A DNA stretch of 64,000 bases from a virus (IMGVR_UViG_2873063797_000001:1-64000); one strand, 5' to 3'. Shown: positions 9,744-19,270, counted from the first letter of the stretch. Numbers and translations: made by a program. Notes: generated from the letters alone by a model not told the origin.

Positions 9744-9780
9744 TGGACCTCTTCCTTTCGGTGAGCGGTTGTGGGGGTGG

Positions 9781-9921
9781 TCAGGCGGCGGTGGTGAGGT
9801 CGGCCGGGTTGGTGGCGGCCAGGGCGTCGATCTCGGCGAGGTTGATCTCGGTCTCGAAGTCGGTGGTCGTCCAGGTGGTGGAGTCGTTGCCGTGGGCCTT
9901 CGCGAACTCGGGTCCGGTCAT
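9781..9921 (-). CDS. 46-aa hypothetical protein
   Basis: AAAGGAG RBS, ATG, typical codon usage. Confidence 0.6.
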   Translation of the reverse strand: MTGPEFAKAHGNDSTTWTTTDFETEINLAEIDALAATNPADLTTAA

Positions 9922-10068
9922 GGGGGCTGCTCCTTTGCAGCTGGTGGGTGGTCCGCTGGTCGTGCTGGGGGCCGCACCCCGCAGGGGGGTGGTCGGGGTG
10001 CGGCCTCCGGCGGGGCCAGAGGTGGGGCCCGGCCGTGTCGGCTCGGTCCGGGCCCCGGTCGGGGGTGG

Positions 10069-10278
10069 TCAGGCGGCGGGGATGCGGATGTCGCTGATGC
10101 GGCCGGAGGGGTCCACTTCGACGCGCATGTCGCAGATGACGCAGTGGTGGGAAGCGGGGCCGTCCGTCACCGCCTGGCGGGTCGTCATCGGGCGGGCGTG
10201 GCACTTGAGCGACTTGTTGGGGTCGATCTGGTCGCCGACTCGAACACGGGTGAAGTGGTCGGTGGTGATGGCGGACAT
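10069..10278 (-). CDS. Hypothetical protein, Cys/His-containing
   Basis: RBS GAGAGGA; codon bias. Confidence 0.65.
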   Translation of the reverse strand: MSAITTDHFTRVRVGDQIDPNKSLKCHARPMTTRQAVTDGPASHHCVICDMRVEVDPSGRISDIRIPAA

Positions 10279-10295
10279 GTTGGGTTCCTCTCGGG

Positions 10296-10691
10296 TCAGG
10301 TGCCGTCGATGGCTGCGCTGGTGTCGGATGCGGCTTGGTGGAGTTCGGGGTCGGTGAGGGCGAAGCAGGCGCGTTCACCGGCGAGGGCGGCGTTCTTCTG
10401 CTGGTCGAGGGGGAGGGTCCGCAGGGCGGGGTTGGTGTCGGGGTCGGAGAGGCGGGCGATGAGGAGGCCGATCGCGGAGACGACGTTCGTGCCGTCGGAG
10501 GCGCCGGCCAACGTGGCGATGAGGGTCTGGGTGCGGTCGACGGTGTGCCGGGTGAGGGCGAGGAGGCGCAGGCCGGAGAGGATCTGGTCGATGGCGGGGT
10601 CCTGGACGGCGGCGAGGTCTTCGAGGAGGCCGGCGAGGTCGTCGTCGAGCGGGGGGACGGCGTTGTCGGCGGTGTGGACGTGGCCGGCCAT
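10296..10691 (-). CDS. Hypothetical protein
   Basis: Start MAGHVHT overlaps the upstream stop (TGATG). Confidence 0.7.
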   Translation of the reverse strand: MAGHVHTADNAVPPLDDDLAGLLEDLAAVQDPAIDQILSGLRLLALTRHTVDRTQTLIATLAGASDGTNVVSAIGLLIARLSDPDTNPALRTLPLDQQKNAALAGERACFALTDPELHQAASDTSAAIDGT

Positions 10692-11077
10692 CACAGCTCT
10701 CCGTCCCAGTCGGAGACGGCCTCGTCGAACGCGGCGACCGCGCAGTTCGGGTCTTCCTGCGCGACCTGCATGAGGAAGCCGGCGTCGAGGCCGATGCAGT
10801 ACTCCTCCAGTTCCGCTTCGAGGACCGGGTCGACGGCCACGGTGGGGGCGGGCGGGAGGGTTTCCTGGTGGGCGGCCTTGGTGGCGTTCCACTGGGCGAG
10901 GGCTTCGGTGGCGGCTTCCAGGTCGGCGGTGGACAGGCTGGCGTCGCCGATGAACTGACCGGTGGGGCCGAGGAGCATGATCCGGCCGGCGACCTCGGTG
11001 TCCTGGGACAGGCCGAGGATCTGCTCGATGAGCGCCATGAGGCGGAGGTCGTTCTCGTTGGGGTTGTCGCGGTTCAT
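10691..11077 (-). CDS. Hypothetical protein
   Basis: ATGA-coupled in the operon. Confidence 0.7.
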   Translation of the reverse strand: MNRDNPNENDLRLMALIEQILGLSQDTEVAGRIMLLGPTGQFIGDASLSTADLEAATEALAQWNATKAAHQETLPPAPTVAVDPVLEAELEEYCIGLDAGFLMQVAQEDPNCAVAAFDEAVSDWDGEL

Positions 11078-11379
11078 CGCTGGCCACCGCCTTCCAGGAG
11101 GTGGAGCTTGGGGCGGCTGGTGATGACCGGGTTGTGGGCGTGCTTGGTGCGGAGCGCGTTACCGCGGAAGACGGTGGCGTCGGCGAGTCCGCGGAGGTTG
11201 ACGGGGTCCAGGTCGGCGTGACCGAGGACCAGGCTGTGGTCCGGGACGAGCAGCGTCGCCGTGATGCGGAGCTGGCCGAGGTCGATACCGGGGGCCGGCA
11301 CGAACGGGGGCAGGGCACGGAGCGCGTCGAGGAAGGCGATACCGCTGCGCTCGGCGTACTGCCGGTGGAAGTCCTCCAT
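11074..11379 (-). CDS. Hypothetical protein
   Basis: Coupled in the operon. Confidence 0.7.
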   Translation of the reverse strand: MEDFHRQYAERSGIAFLDALRALPPFVPAPGIDLGQLRITATLLVPDHSLVLGHADLDPVNLRGLADATVFRGNALRTKHAHNPVITSRPKLHLLEGGGQR

Positions 11380-11684
11380 CAGAGCGTCACCGCCTTGAGG
11401 ACGCGGTCCGAGCCGGTCCAGGTGGCGCCGGTGTAGTGCTCGGTGCCGGCGTGGATGTCGCGGACGAGGACGGCGAAGCGGGCGGCGTTCCGCTTGAGGA
11501 TGCGGCGGGCTTCGGTGAGGTCGGTGATGACGGCGCGAACCTCGAAGGTGCCGGACGCGTTGTCGTAGACGGTGCCGGGGGTCCGCGGACCGATCTGCGC
11601 GGCGGTGACTCGCCGCAGGGCTTCGTCAGCCTGGCCGAGTGTGGTCGTGGTGGAGTGCTGTACCGGTCGGATACGGTTCTGCAT
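11379..11684 (-). CDS. Hypothetical protein, first gene of the leftward transfer operon
   Basis: ATG MQNRIRP with AGGAG RBS. Confidence 0.7.
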   Translation of the reverse strand: MQNRIRPVQHSTTTTLGQADEALRRVTAAQIGPRTPGTVYDNASGTFEVRAVITDLTEARRILKRNAARFAVLVRDIHAGTEHYTGATWTGSDRVLKAVTL

Positions 11685-11822
11685 GGCAGTCGCTCCTGTT
11701 GAGGCGGGTAGCGATCTGTCGGGTCCTTCGGGGCCCCTGAGCGGCCTGGGTGTGCTACCACCCGGGCCGTTCGGCGTTTCCGGGGCTCCGTTGTTCCCGA
11801 CGACCACCAATGTAGCGCCCTC

Positions 11823-11900
11823 GCGCTCCTAGCGCTAGTACTCGCGCTGGAGGTTTCTTTCGGCTAATCTCAGGGGTGTACCGCTGCGCTCCTAGAGCGC
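11823..11900. promoter_or_regulatory. Repeated GCGCTCCTAG boxes in the divergent promoter region (candidate GntR operators)
   Basis: gcgctcctagcgc at 11823 and near-palindromic gcgctcctagagcgc at 11886. Confidence 0.5.
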
Positions 11901-11932
11901 GGCAGCTAACGACAGAGAGAGGAGGTCGACCC

Positions 11933-12664
11933 ATGCGCGACACCCCCGGATACGCGGAGATCGCCCAGCACTTCCGGCGGCAGATCCGTGACGGAACGCT
12001 GAGGCCCGGCGACACACTGCCGAGCTTCAAGGCGGCTAGCGACCAGTTCGGCGTGGCGCACACGACCGTGAACCGCGCCTACCGCGTCCTCAAGATGGAA
12101 GGGCTGACGCACGCCAAGCCTGGCGTTGGAACAGTCGTATCCAGCCCCGTCAGCAACAACATCGGCACCCGTGTAGCCCTGCACGCGGCTACCGGTAGCG
12201 CTCTCGATGGCGGTGAGGAGTCGCGAATCCTGGAGGTTGGAACGACCGGCGCCGACGAGCTGGTGGCTTCACGGTTGGACGTTGCCCCCGGCACGCCCGT
12301 GCAGGTCCGCCGGCGTGTGGTCAGCCGGAACGGTCACCCCATCCACCTGAGCAGCAGCTACTACCCGGCCTACGTGGTCGCGGTGACTCCCGAGCTGACG
12401 GAACCGGTGTCTACCGGTGCGTCGCGGGAGCTCGCGGCGTCACGGCTGGGGATGGCTCAGGACCAGGTGCTGGAGGAAGTGACGAGCCGGCACGCCACAG
12501 CCGCGGAGAAGGATGCCCTTGGGCTGACCGCGTCCGAGGTGGTCGTCACTCAGGTGGTCCGGACGGTGACGCTGGAAGATGGACGCGTTGTCGAGGTGGC
12601 CGTCAAGGTCGCTCAGGGTTCCACGATCCTGCGCTGGACGACCTCGCTCCGTCCACAGGAGTAA
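11933..12664 (+). CDS. GntR-family repressor (HTH + UTRA), KorA/TraR-like
   Basis: YAEIAQHFRRQI..G.L.PGD.LPS winged HTH, UTRA-like C-terminus; GGAGG RBS; divergent from the transfer operon. Confidence 0.9.
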   Translation: MRDTPGYAEIAQHFRRQIRDGTLRPGDTLPSFKAASDQFGVAHTTVNRAYRVLKMEGLTHAKPGVGTVVSSPVSNNIGTRVALHAATGSALDGGEESRILEVGTTGADELVASRLDVAPGTPVQVRRRVVSRNGHPIHLSSSYYPAYVVAVTPELTEPVSTGASRELAASRLGMAQDQVLEEVTSRHATAAEKDALGLTASEVVVTQVVRTVTLEDGRVVEVAVKVAQGSTILRWTTSLRPQE

Positions 12665-12858
12665 CAGGAGGCAGCTCTGCAAGTTAGAACTGTCTAAGTA
12701 ATACGGCCGACCGCACCCAGCGGCACGGCCGGCCGCCCTACTTGCCGTTGCCCTGCGAAGACGTCGGCAGTAGGGAATCCCCAACCAAGGAGATCCGCCA
12801 TGAGCGTATCGCCTTCGCTTCGCACTGTGCGAAGCGGACCGCGATCAGGGGGGCCACT

Positions 12859-13164
12859 GTGAGCCCCCGCAACCCCAACAACGCTGGAGAGACCCGCCTC
12901 CCGCCCGCCGTGACCTTCGGAACCGGCGCCGAACTGCTGGTCAAGCTGGGAATCGTCAGCAGCATCACCCGCGAAGGCGTCCGGCACATCGCGACGTCCG
13001 AGCGGTACGAGAAGCACTGGCCGTTCGGCCCCGACAAGGCCCACCCCTACGGAGAGGGCGCCGGCGCGCTCCTCATGGCCACAGGCCCGTTCCTCGACTT
13101 CTTCCGGGACGTCTACCAGCAGGTGGACGAGAACGGCGATCTGATCGCCCCCACGGCTTCATGA
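12859..13164 (+). CDS. Small putative DNA-binding protein
   Basis: GTG start overlapping a leader ORF stop; HTH-like ITREGVRHIA. Confidence 0.6.
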   Translation: MSPRNPNNAGETRLPPAVTFGTGAELLVKLGIVSSITREGVRHIATSERYEKHWPFGPDKAHPYGEGAGALLMATGPFLDFFRDVYQQVDENGDLIAPTAS

Positions 13165-13406
13165 ACGCATTACGGGTTCTGGGATCGCAGCCCCAGCGCC
13201 CGGACACGCAGAACGGCCGGCCTTCGAGGAGGTTCGCAGCTACCTCGGGCCGACCGTTCAAGCACACCCAGCGGCTTGCACCCCGCTGGCTTCGGAAGCT
13301 CCACCCTGCAAAGAAGTGAGGTCCTCCTAATGAGGAAGCCTACTCGAACCCACTGGTATGTCGACAAGAGGACCCTCTTGATCCTCCGCACGCCGGAGGC
13401 GGCCAG

Positions 13407-14936
13407 GTGACCGACGCGAAGAAGAGGCCCAGCTCACTGGCCGACAATCCGCCGCTGGAGCTGTACGGCCCAGAGGATGGTGGCTGGTACACCACGCGTG
13501 TGTACGACTGGATCCCTCTGTGCCCTCAGCTGCGTGACGCGGACGTCCGGGGCTACCTGGTACTGCGATCCCTGGTGATCGAGAAGTTCAAGAACCCCGT
13601 CCGAAAGCTGACCCTGCTGGACCTGTGCGAGCTGATCCCCAGTCCGACTCCGGGGCAGCCCAGCAGCCTCACGCGAGTGCGTGGCATCCTCCAGGCCCTG
13701 TCCGCTGTCCAGCTCATCGCTACGCCCGATGGCGATCCGGTGAAGACGTCGTCGCGGGCCTCGGCGGCCAGCAAGACGATCCGGATCCGGGTGAACGATT
13801 TGCCGCCTGAGGGCTACGCGGGCTGGCGGAACACGGAGGACAAGTTGTCTCACGTGCAGCGTCTGCGGTCTGCGGCCGAGGCGGGTCGGAAATCCGACCC
13901 GGTTGGTTCGGGCGGCGCCACCGGTGGGGGTGCGGGTCGGAAATCCGACCCGGCGGGTCGTAAATCCGACCCCGGGGGTCAGAAATCCGACCCGGATCCG
14001 GCGAATGACCAGCCAGAACCCGATGTCCCTCTGGATTCTTCAGTTGGAACGAGGTCGGGGATGGATGTGCCTTCGGCACGTAGTGCCGTTGGCGTGCGTA
14101 GCACTTCTTCCTCAGGTAGTAGCGAAGCTGAGGACGGAAGCGGCTTCGCCGCGGCGGGCAAAGAAGGCTCGTCGTCGGATCAGGAAGACGGAACAGCGGG
14201 CGTGCCGGAGCAGCGGAAGTCGGATGGCCCGGAGCTCTCGAGGGACCAGCTGGCAGCCGTGCGTGCCGTAGAAGCGCTGTTGCCTCCCACTCTGCTGTCG
14301 CTGCTGCCGTATCAGCAGTTCCCCAAGCGGAACCGTGCCGCAGTCCTCGAGGCGCTGGAGTCCCGGACGGTGGAGCAGCTCCGGGATCGGGTGGCCCGCC
14401 GGTGGGTTGCCTACGGGTACGAGCCGGCCCTGCACGAGGGCAGCATCACCCAGCCGATCGGTGCCGCCCTGGAGCTGATCGTCCCGCCGCGGTACTGCCC
14501 GGACTGGTCGTGCGAGGACGGCACGATGATCGATACCGGTGTGGAGTGCCGGGCCTGCCTCGAGCGGCGCGCGTCTCGCCGGGCCGCCCGCGCGGCGGGC
14601 CTCGAGGTCAAGACGGGCAGCAGCAAGACGGGCGGTGGTGGGCGGATGCCGGAGTGCGTCATCTGCCGGGCCCCGTTCCCCGGTGCGGTCCCGGACAGCG
14701 GCGAATGCCTTACCTGCCAGAAGGAGACCGAGGCCGCTCTGGCGGCCCTCAGCGCTCGCCTGGACGCTCCCGACCTCGCCTGGGAGTCGTGGGCCGCGCC
14801 GGCCGCCGACGGCCCGGCAGAAGACGACGAGAACACCGGCTTGGACGAGGAAACCGTACGGCTACGCGCTCAGCTCGCCCGCCAGTTCGGCACGCCCGAG
14901 CAGGTAGAGGCGTACTGCACCGAAGCCCCGTTCTAG
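13407..14936 (+). CDS. Phage replication initiator (lambda O-like organisation)
   Basis: N-terminal winged-HTH-like region, internal DNA iterons, Cys-rich C-terminus; followed by HTH and DnaB-like genes. Confidence 0.75.
   Translation: MTDAKKRPSSLADNPPLELYGPEDGGWYTTRVYDWIPLCPQLRDADVRGYLVLRSLVIEKFKNPVRKLTLLDLCELIPSPTPGQPSSLTRVRGILQALSAVQLIATPDGDPVKTSSRASAASKTIRIRVNDLPPEGYAGWRNTEDKLSHVQRLRSAAEAGRKSDPVGSGGATGGGAGRKSDPAGRKSDPGGQKSDPDPANDQPEPDVPLDSSVGTRSGMDVPSARSAVGVRSTSSSGSSEAEDGSGFAAAGKEGSSSDQEDGTAGVPEQRKSDGPELSRDQLAAVRAVEALLPPTLLSLLPYQQFPKRNRAAVLEALESRTVEQLRDRVARRWVAYGYEPALHEGSITQPIGAALELIVPPRYCPDWSCEDGTMIDTGVECRACLERRASRRAARAAGLEVKTGSSKTGGGGRMPECVICRAPFPGAVPDSGECLTCQKETEAALAALSARLDAPDLAWESWAAPAADGPAEDDENTGLDEETVRLRAQLARQFGTPEQVEAYCTEAPF
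13882..13994. repeat. Four palindromic 20-bp iterons (candidate ori)
   Basis: cgggtcggaaatccgacccg at 13882 and 13933, variants at 13954 and 13975; the last three have a 21-bp period. Confidence 0.8.
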
Positions 14937-14995
14937 CTTCTCGCGGGCCTGGCCAACATCCTGCCAGGCCCGCCCTCGACAAGGAGAATCACGGC

Positions 14996-15658
14996 ATGGC
15001 CGTCTACCGATCCCGCCCCCTCCCCTTCATCACACTGCCGCGCGAAGTCCTGCTGAACGGCAACCTGACCCCCACCAGTCGGCTCCTGTACGCCCTGCTG
15101 CTGTCCTCCCTGGACGTCGACATGGAGTTCAGCCAGATCGCCACCTTGGCGGGCCTGCGCCACCCTGACGAGCTCTCCCCCTACCTGGAAGAGCTGGCCC
15201 AGATCGGCGCCGTGGAGGTGGGTGACCACGAGGGTCGCGGGTCAGTCCTGACCGTGCATGAGATGCCGGTCGTCCCCCAGCAGCGAACCCACACCTGTGT
15301 GCCCTGCGAGGACTGCGGCGACTGTTCCTGCGAGTACATCAAGGGCGTCTGCCGGCCCTGCTCCGAAATCCGACGCACCAATGATCAAGCGAAGCGGGAC
15401 ATTGACCGCTGGAAGCGGCAACTTGAGGCCGGCGCCACCTACGCCATCGGTCAGCACGCCGCCCGACTGCACCGCTGGGACTGCCCGACGCTGAACACGC
15501 CGGAGAAGGGCATGGCGCGCCTCGAGGAGCAGAAGCCCTACGCAAAGAACGGCGGTTACTACTGGTCCAGGCTGCCGGACCTTTACACGGCCGATGAGCT
15601 GCGTCAGAAGGGCTCACGGAAGAAACACTGCGCCGTCTGCGGCCCCGACCCGCTGTAG
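14996..15658 (+). CDS. HTH plus zinc-finger protein
   Basis: AAGGAG RBS; LTPTSRLLYALL HTH; several CxxC pairs. Confidence 0.75.
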   Translation: MAVYRSRPLPFITLPREVLLNGNLTPTSRLLYALLLSSLDVDMEFSQIATLAGLRHPDELSPYLEELAQIGAVEVGDHEGRGSVLTVHEMPVVPQQRTHTCVPCEDCGDCSCEYIKGVCRPCSEIRRTNDQAKRDIDRWKRQLEAGATYAIGQHAARLHRWDCPTLNTPEKGMARLEEQKPYAKNGGYYWSRLPDLYTADELRQKGSRKKHCAVCGPDPL

Positions 15659-15703
15659 CACGCTCGTCCATCTCCCGCACGTCTGGCGTACCAATTCGAA
15701 GGA

Positions 15704-16471
15704 GTGCCTGTGCCCCTGCTCGACACACCCTGGCCGCCGATCAACGAGATGATCGACCTGCGCCCCGGCAGCGTGACCACCGTTGCCTCTCTGCCGACCG
15801 CAGGACGGTCCACGTTCACCCTGAACATGGCCCTGCACAACGCCCTGAAGGGAACGTGCACCCTCTACACGTCCAGTGAGATCGACGCGGAATCGCTGAC
15901 GGAGAAGGCCGTGAGCGCGCTCTATGGCATTGACCTGCGCCACCGTGAGGCTCCGCTCGGTGGCTGGGACGTCTTCAGCGCCAGGACCAAGGCAGAGGTG
16001 GTTTCCCTCCCGCTCTACCTGCACGCAGCCACGCAGGAAACGCCAGAAGCGGCCTTCGAAGCTGGAACGGTCACCAGTGGCCAGCGCGGGCGCAAGGTTC
16101 GACTTTGGGTCCTGGACTCGCTCGCCCACTTCAGCCCGTTCGTCCATGCCGATGACGGAGTCTGGGACTTCGAACAGTCCATGACCCAGCTGCGCCGCAT
16201 CGCGGAGCGGGAGCAGATGGCAATAGTCGTCACTGCCTGCGCGGAGAACCAGTCGGAAGACGAACTGCTCACCCTCGAGCACGTGCCGTCCCCCGTGGTG
16301 AAGCTCTCCGACCAGGTTCTGATGCTGCACCGCGAAGGCGCATACTGGCAGAACGGTCCGGCGTCCGACGTCGCCATCGTTACCCGGCTCAAGCCCGAGC
16401 TCGAGAAGCCGGCGACGCTTCGCTTCAAGCCTCGTCTGTGCCGGTTCAGTTCCCTCGAGATCGACATTTGA
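15704..16471 (+). CDS. DnaB-like helicase C-terminal domain protein (degenerate)
   Basis: LRPGSVTTVASLPTAGRST, YTSSEIDAESL, LWVLDSL, SDQVLMLHR match the DnaB_C motif order. Confidence 0.75.
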   Translation: MPVPLLDTPWPPINEMIDLRPGSVTTVASLPTAGRSTFTLNMALHNALKGTCTLYTSSEIDAESLTEKAVSALYGIDLRHREAPLGGWDVFSARTKAEVVSLPLYLHAATQETPEAAFEAGTVTSGQRGRKVRLWVLDSLAHFSPFVHADDGVWDFEQSMTQLRRIAEREQMAIVVTACAENQSEDELLTLEHVPSPVVKLSDQVLMLHREGAYWQNGPASDVAIVTRLKPELEKPATLRFKPRLCRFSSLEIDI

Positions 16472-16703
16472 TTTAGGGAAGTGCATTCGGCAAGCGCGCC
16501 CCCAGGTTCTCAAGCTTGGGGGCGCCGTCGTTTCCGGCCGCGCTCGACCAGCACTAGCGATCCCGCCGGCGTCCTCGGGTTTGCGGGCCCGGGGACGCCG
16601 GCGCTTCCGTCCCCAGTCGCCCCGTTTCCACAGTTCAACCACCATTGTCAGACCCACCCCGTAGCGTGGTACGTCCTACTCGTAGCAGCTGCGGGGGGTA
16701 CCC

Positions 16704-17972
16704 ATGGACGACGACCTCGAGCGGGACAGCGACGAAGAGCTCTACCGCAACCCGGTCTTCTACGAACCAGCCGAACGCATCCTGGACCTCAGCCGGCCAG
16801 ACCTCGGCCTGCCGAACGGCGAAGAACTTTTCGCCTACCTGCTCGCCATGCGCGGCCGCCGTGTCCCCGTGGAACGCCGCGGGCTGATCTGCCCCGACTG
16901 CCGGGACCTTCGACGCCGGCGCGTCCCCATGTACCTCGTCCAGCGTGACGGCGTCTGGCTCGCCTCCCACTACCGCAAGCCCGGCGAGAAGCCCATCAGC
17001 CACGAGTCCGACGAGCACCTCGCCCGCAAGGAACGCGTCGCGACGGACGCCGAGGACCACGGCTTCCCTGCGGAGGCCGAAGTGTCGGCGGCTGACGGGC
17101 ACGCCCGCCTCGATGTCCGGATCCAGGGCGCGGATGGCATCGTCCTGGGCTACGAGCCGCAGCTGAGCGTCCAGACCGCCCGGGGCATGAGCAGGCGGGA
17201 GGGGTTCCGGCGTCGCGGCGGGATCCGGTCCGTATGGGACTTCACCGACCCCGACCATCCAGGAGTGGGCGCTGTTCCGTACGTGAGGACTCCGAACCTG
17301 CCGGCGTCCGTGATCCGCGTGCAGAAGAACCCGATCGCGGTCCGGGACGGCAACTTCGTCCTCGAGGAGGGGCATTGCAGCCCGGCCGGGAGCCTCGTGC
17401 GCTGCCCGAACAAGCCGTTCGACCCGCAGAACCCCACCGCCGACGGCTACTGCGACGGCTGGCACCGCATCCTCACGCCCATCCACCAGTCGTCCGCCTA
17501 CGACGGCGGCGGCGAGGGGGAACTGACGCTGACCCGATTCATCGTGGAAGCAGCCGCCGGGGAGCGTGTCCCGTTCCAACACAGGGGGCAGCACGGGTGG
17601 CTTCCCTCCGAGCACTGGCGGAAGTACCTGGAAGCGAACGGGCCCGTCCCTGCGGACGACGGAAAGGAGCGCGCCCTGTCCGTGCGGAAGGGCGACCGGC
17701 TGGTCCGGTGCACCGAGGACCGTCCAGCCTCCGAGGTCCGAGCTGAGCCGAAGGAGAGGCGCGGGAGTCGCACGATCGTCCTTGAGAGCCGCGCCGCCCA
17801 GGAAGTGGAGGCAGCCGAAGTTCCTGTCGACGCGTCGGGGCAGCCGATCCCGCTCTGTCGCTTCGGCTGTGGTGCGCCTGCAAGCCTGCGGGGGCCGGAA
17901 GGTCTACCGGAGCACTATTCGTGCCGCAGGAAGCACGAGGACACACAAGGGGCCGCAGGAAAGGCGGCGTGA
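16704..17972 (+). CDS. CoiA-like PD-(D/E)XK nuclease
   Basis: ESDEHLARK..AEAEV..RLDV..YEPQLS pattern. Confidence 0.65.
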   Translation: MDDDLERDSDEELYRNPVFYEPAERILDLSRPDLGLPNGEELFAYLLAMRGRRVPVERRGLICPDCRDLRRRRVPMYLVQRDGVWLASHYRKPGEKPISHESDEHLARKERVATDAEDHGFPAEAEVSAADGHARLDVRIQGADGIVLGYEPQLSVQTARGMSRREGFRRRGGIRSVWDFTDPDHPGVGAVPYVRTPNLPASVIRVQKNPIAVRDGNFVLEEGHCSPAGSLVRCPNKPFDPQNPTADGYCDGWHRILTPIHQSSAYDGGGEGELTLTRFIVEAAAGERVPFQHRGQHGWLPSEHWRKYLEANGPVPADDGKERALSVRKGDRLVRCTEDRPASEVRAEPKERRGSRTIVLESRAAQEVEAAEVPVDASGQPIPLCRFGCGAPASLRGPEGLPEHYSCRRKHEDTQGAAGKAA

Positions 17973-18079
17973 GGTCCTCCTGCGGTGCTCGTGAGTGCTT
18001 GAGGTGAGGGTGAACCTCGTCATCCCGGGCCCCGGCTGCCGAACCCCTTACGGCGCCGGGGCCCGCGCACGTCCGCCGG

Positions 18080-18598
18080 CTACGAGGCGGTGAGTTCGTC
18101 CGTGGTCATCGTCAGCGACACCGTTCCCGGCCCCACGAGCAGCGTCGCCACATACCCGCCGCACGCCACTCCCTCCCCCAGCGTCTCCTCCGACGACCCC
18201 GCACAACCGCCCTCCGCATACGCGGTGGACGCGTCCTCCACGTCCTGGATCGCGTCCATCGTCTTCGGGTAGGCGGCGGTCGCGCCCGCGGTGTCGATGG
18301 CGTCCCGCACGTCGTACACCAGCTCCGTCAACTTCGTGATGTGGTCCACGCAGGCCTGTGATCCGACGGTCTTGCACACGTTGTCGTGGTCGCCGGCGGT
18401 GGCGGCGTCCAGCTTCGGCTGCCACTCGGTGGACAGCGTGGGTGCGGCCGCGGGCGTCGTCTCGGACGGTGCAGCAGAGGACGTGGCCGGCGCCGGCGAG
18501 GCCTCCGGCTTCCCGTCCTCTCCTCCGTCCCCGCTGGAGCAGCCGGCGGCGAGCGCAGCAACGAGCAGAGCAGCTGCGGCGGTAGCGGTGTGGCGCAT
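18080..18598 (-). CDS. Lipoprotein
   Basis: Signal peptide MRHTATAAAALLVAALAAG-C with lipobox. Confidence 0.8.
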   Translation of the reverse strand: MRHTATAAAALLVAALAAGCSSGDGGEDGKPEASPAPATSSAAPSETTPAAAPTLSTEWQPKLDAATAGDHDNVCKTVGSQACVDHITKLTELVYDVRDAIDTAGATAAYPKTMDAIQDVEDASTAYAEGGCAGSSEETLGEGVACGGYVATLLVGPGTVSLTMTTDELTAS

Positions 18599-18991
18599 GG
18601 AGTCCCCCCAGGTGTAGATCACTGCGGGCATCATCCGCGCACGCGGCAGCAGCAGGAAGAGAAGTCACCGATCCGTGACGGTCACGCCCCCTTCTGCCCC
18701 CACGCCCAGTGATCCCGGCAGTCCGGACACTGGTACACCGGCACCCCCGGATCCGGCACCCCCGACTCGCCCTCCGGACAGTCCGATCCGTCCCCACGCC
18801 CCACGCACGTCTGCGCCCGTGTATCCGCCATACGTTCGACCGTGCGGCGCCGCCGGTCGGCCGGGGAGGGTGCCCACAGGGGCGCACCGGCGTACAGCAC
18901 CGACACGACGCCCCAGCATCCGCCAACCACCCCACCAGCCCGCCCCAAGCTGAAAAACTGACCGACACTACCGACGCCAAGGAGTACCGCC

Positions 18992-19270
18992 GTGAACGTC
19001 ACAAAGAACCCCGACGGAAGCCACAACCCGCCCTACGACGAGAACTGGCCCCCACACCTCGAGGTCAAGTGGACTGCGGGCGTCGCTGCCTGCGAGACCG
19101 GGTTGCGTATCCACGTCATCGACCTGGACAACGACAAGTACGCGGTGCACGTCGGCGGCAGCGGCCAGAGCCCCATGGACCGGGAGAGCGTGTACGCGTA
19201 CCTGGACGGGGTCGTCGCTGGCGCGCGGGAGGCCCGAAAGGCATCCCGGGATGGAGCGTCGACCGCGTGA
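18992..19270 (+). CDS. Hypothetical protein
   Basis: AAGGAG RBS, GTG start. Confidence 0.7.
   Translation: MNVTKNPDGSHNPPYDENWPPHLEVKWTAGVAACETGLRIHVIDLDNDKYAVHVGGSGQSPMDRESVYAYLDGVVAGAREARKASRDGASTA

Noticed and set aside
13311-13322. AGAAGTGAGG core matching the array repeat
   Set aside because: Only the Shine-Dalgarno-like core matches; the flanking gccacc and acaccgaccATG are absent
13882-13994. GRKSDP as a protein repeat motif
   Set aside because: Better explained at the DNA level, since the palindromic symmetry and 21-bp periodicity indicate iterons
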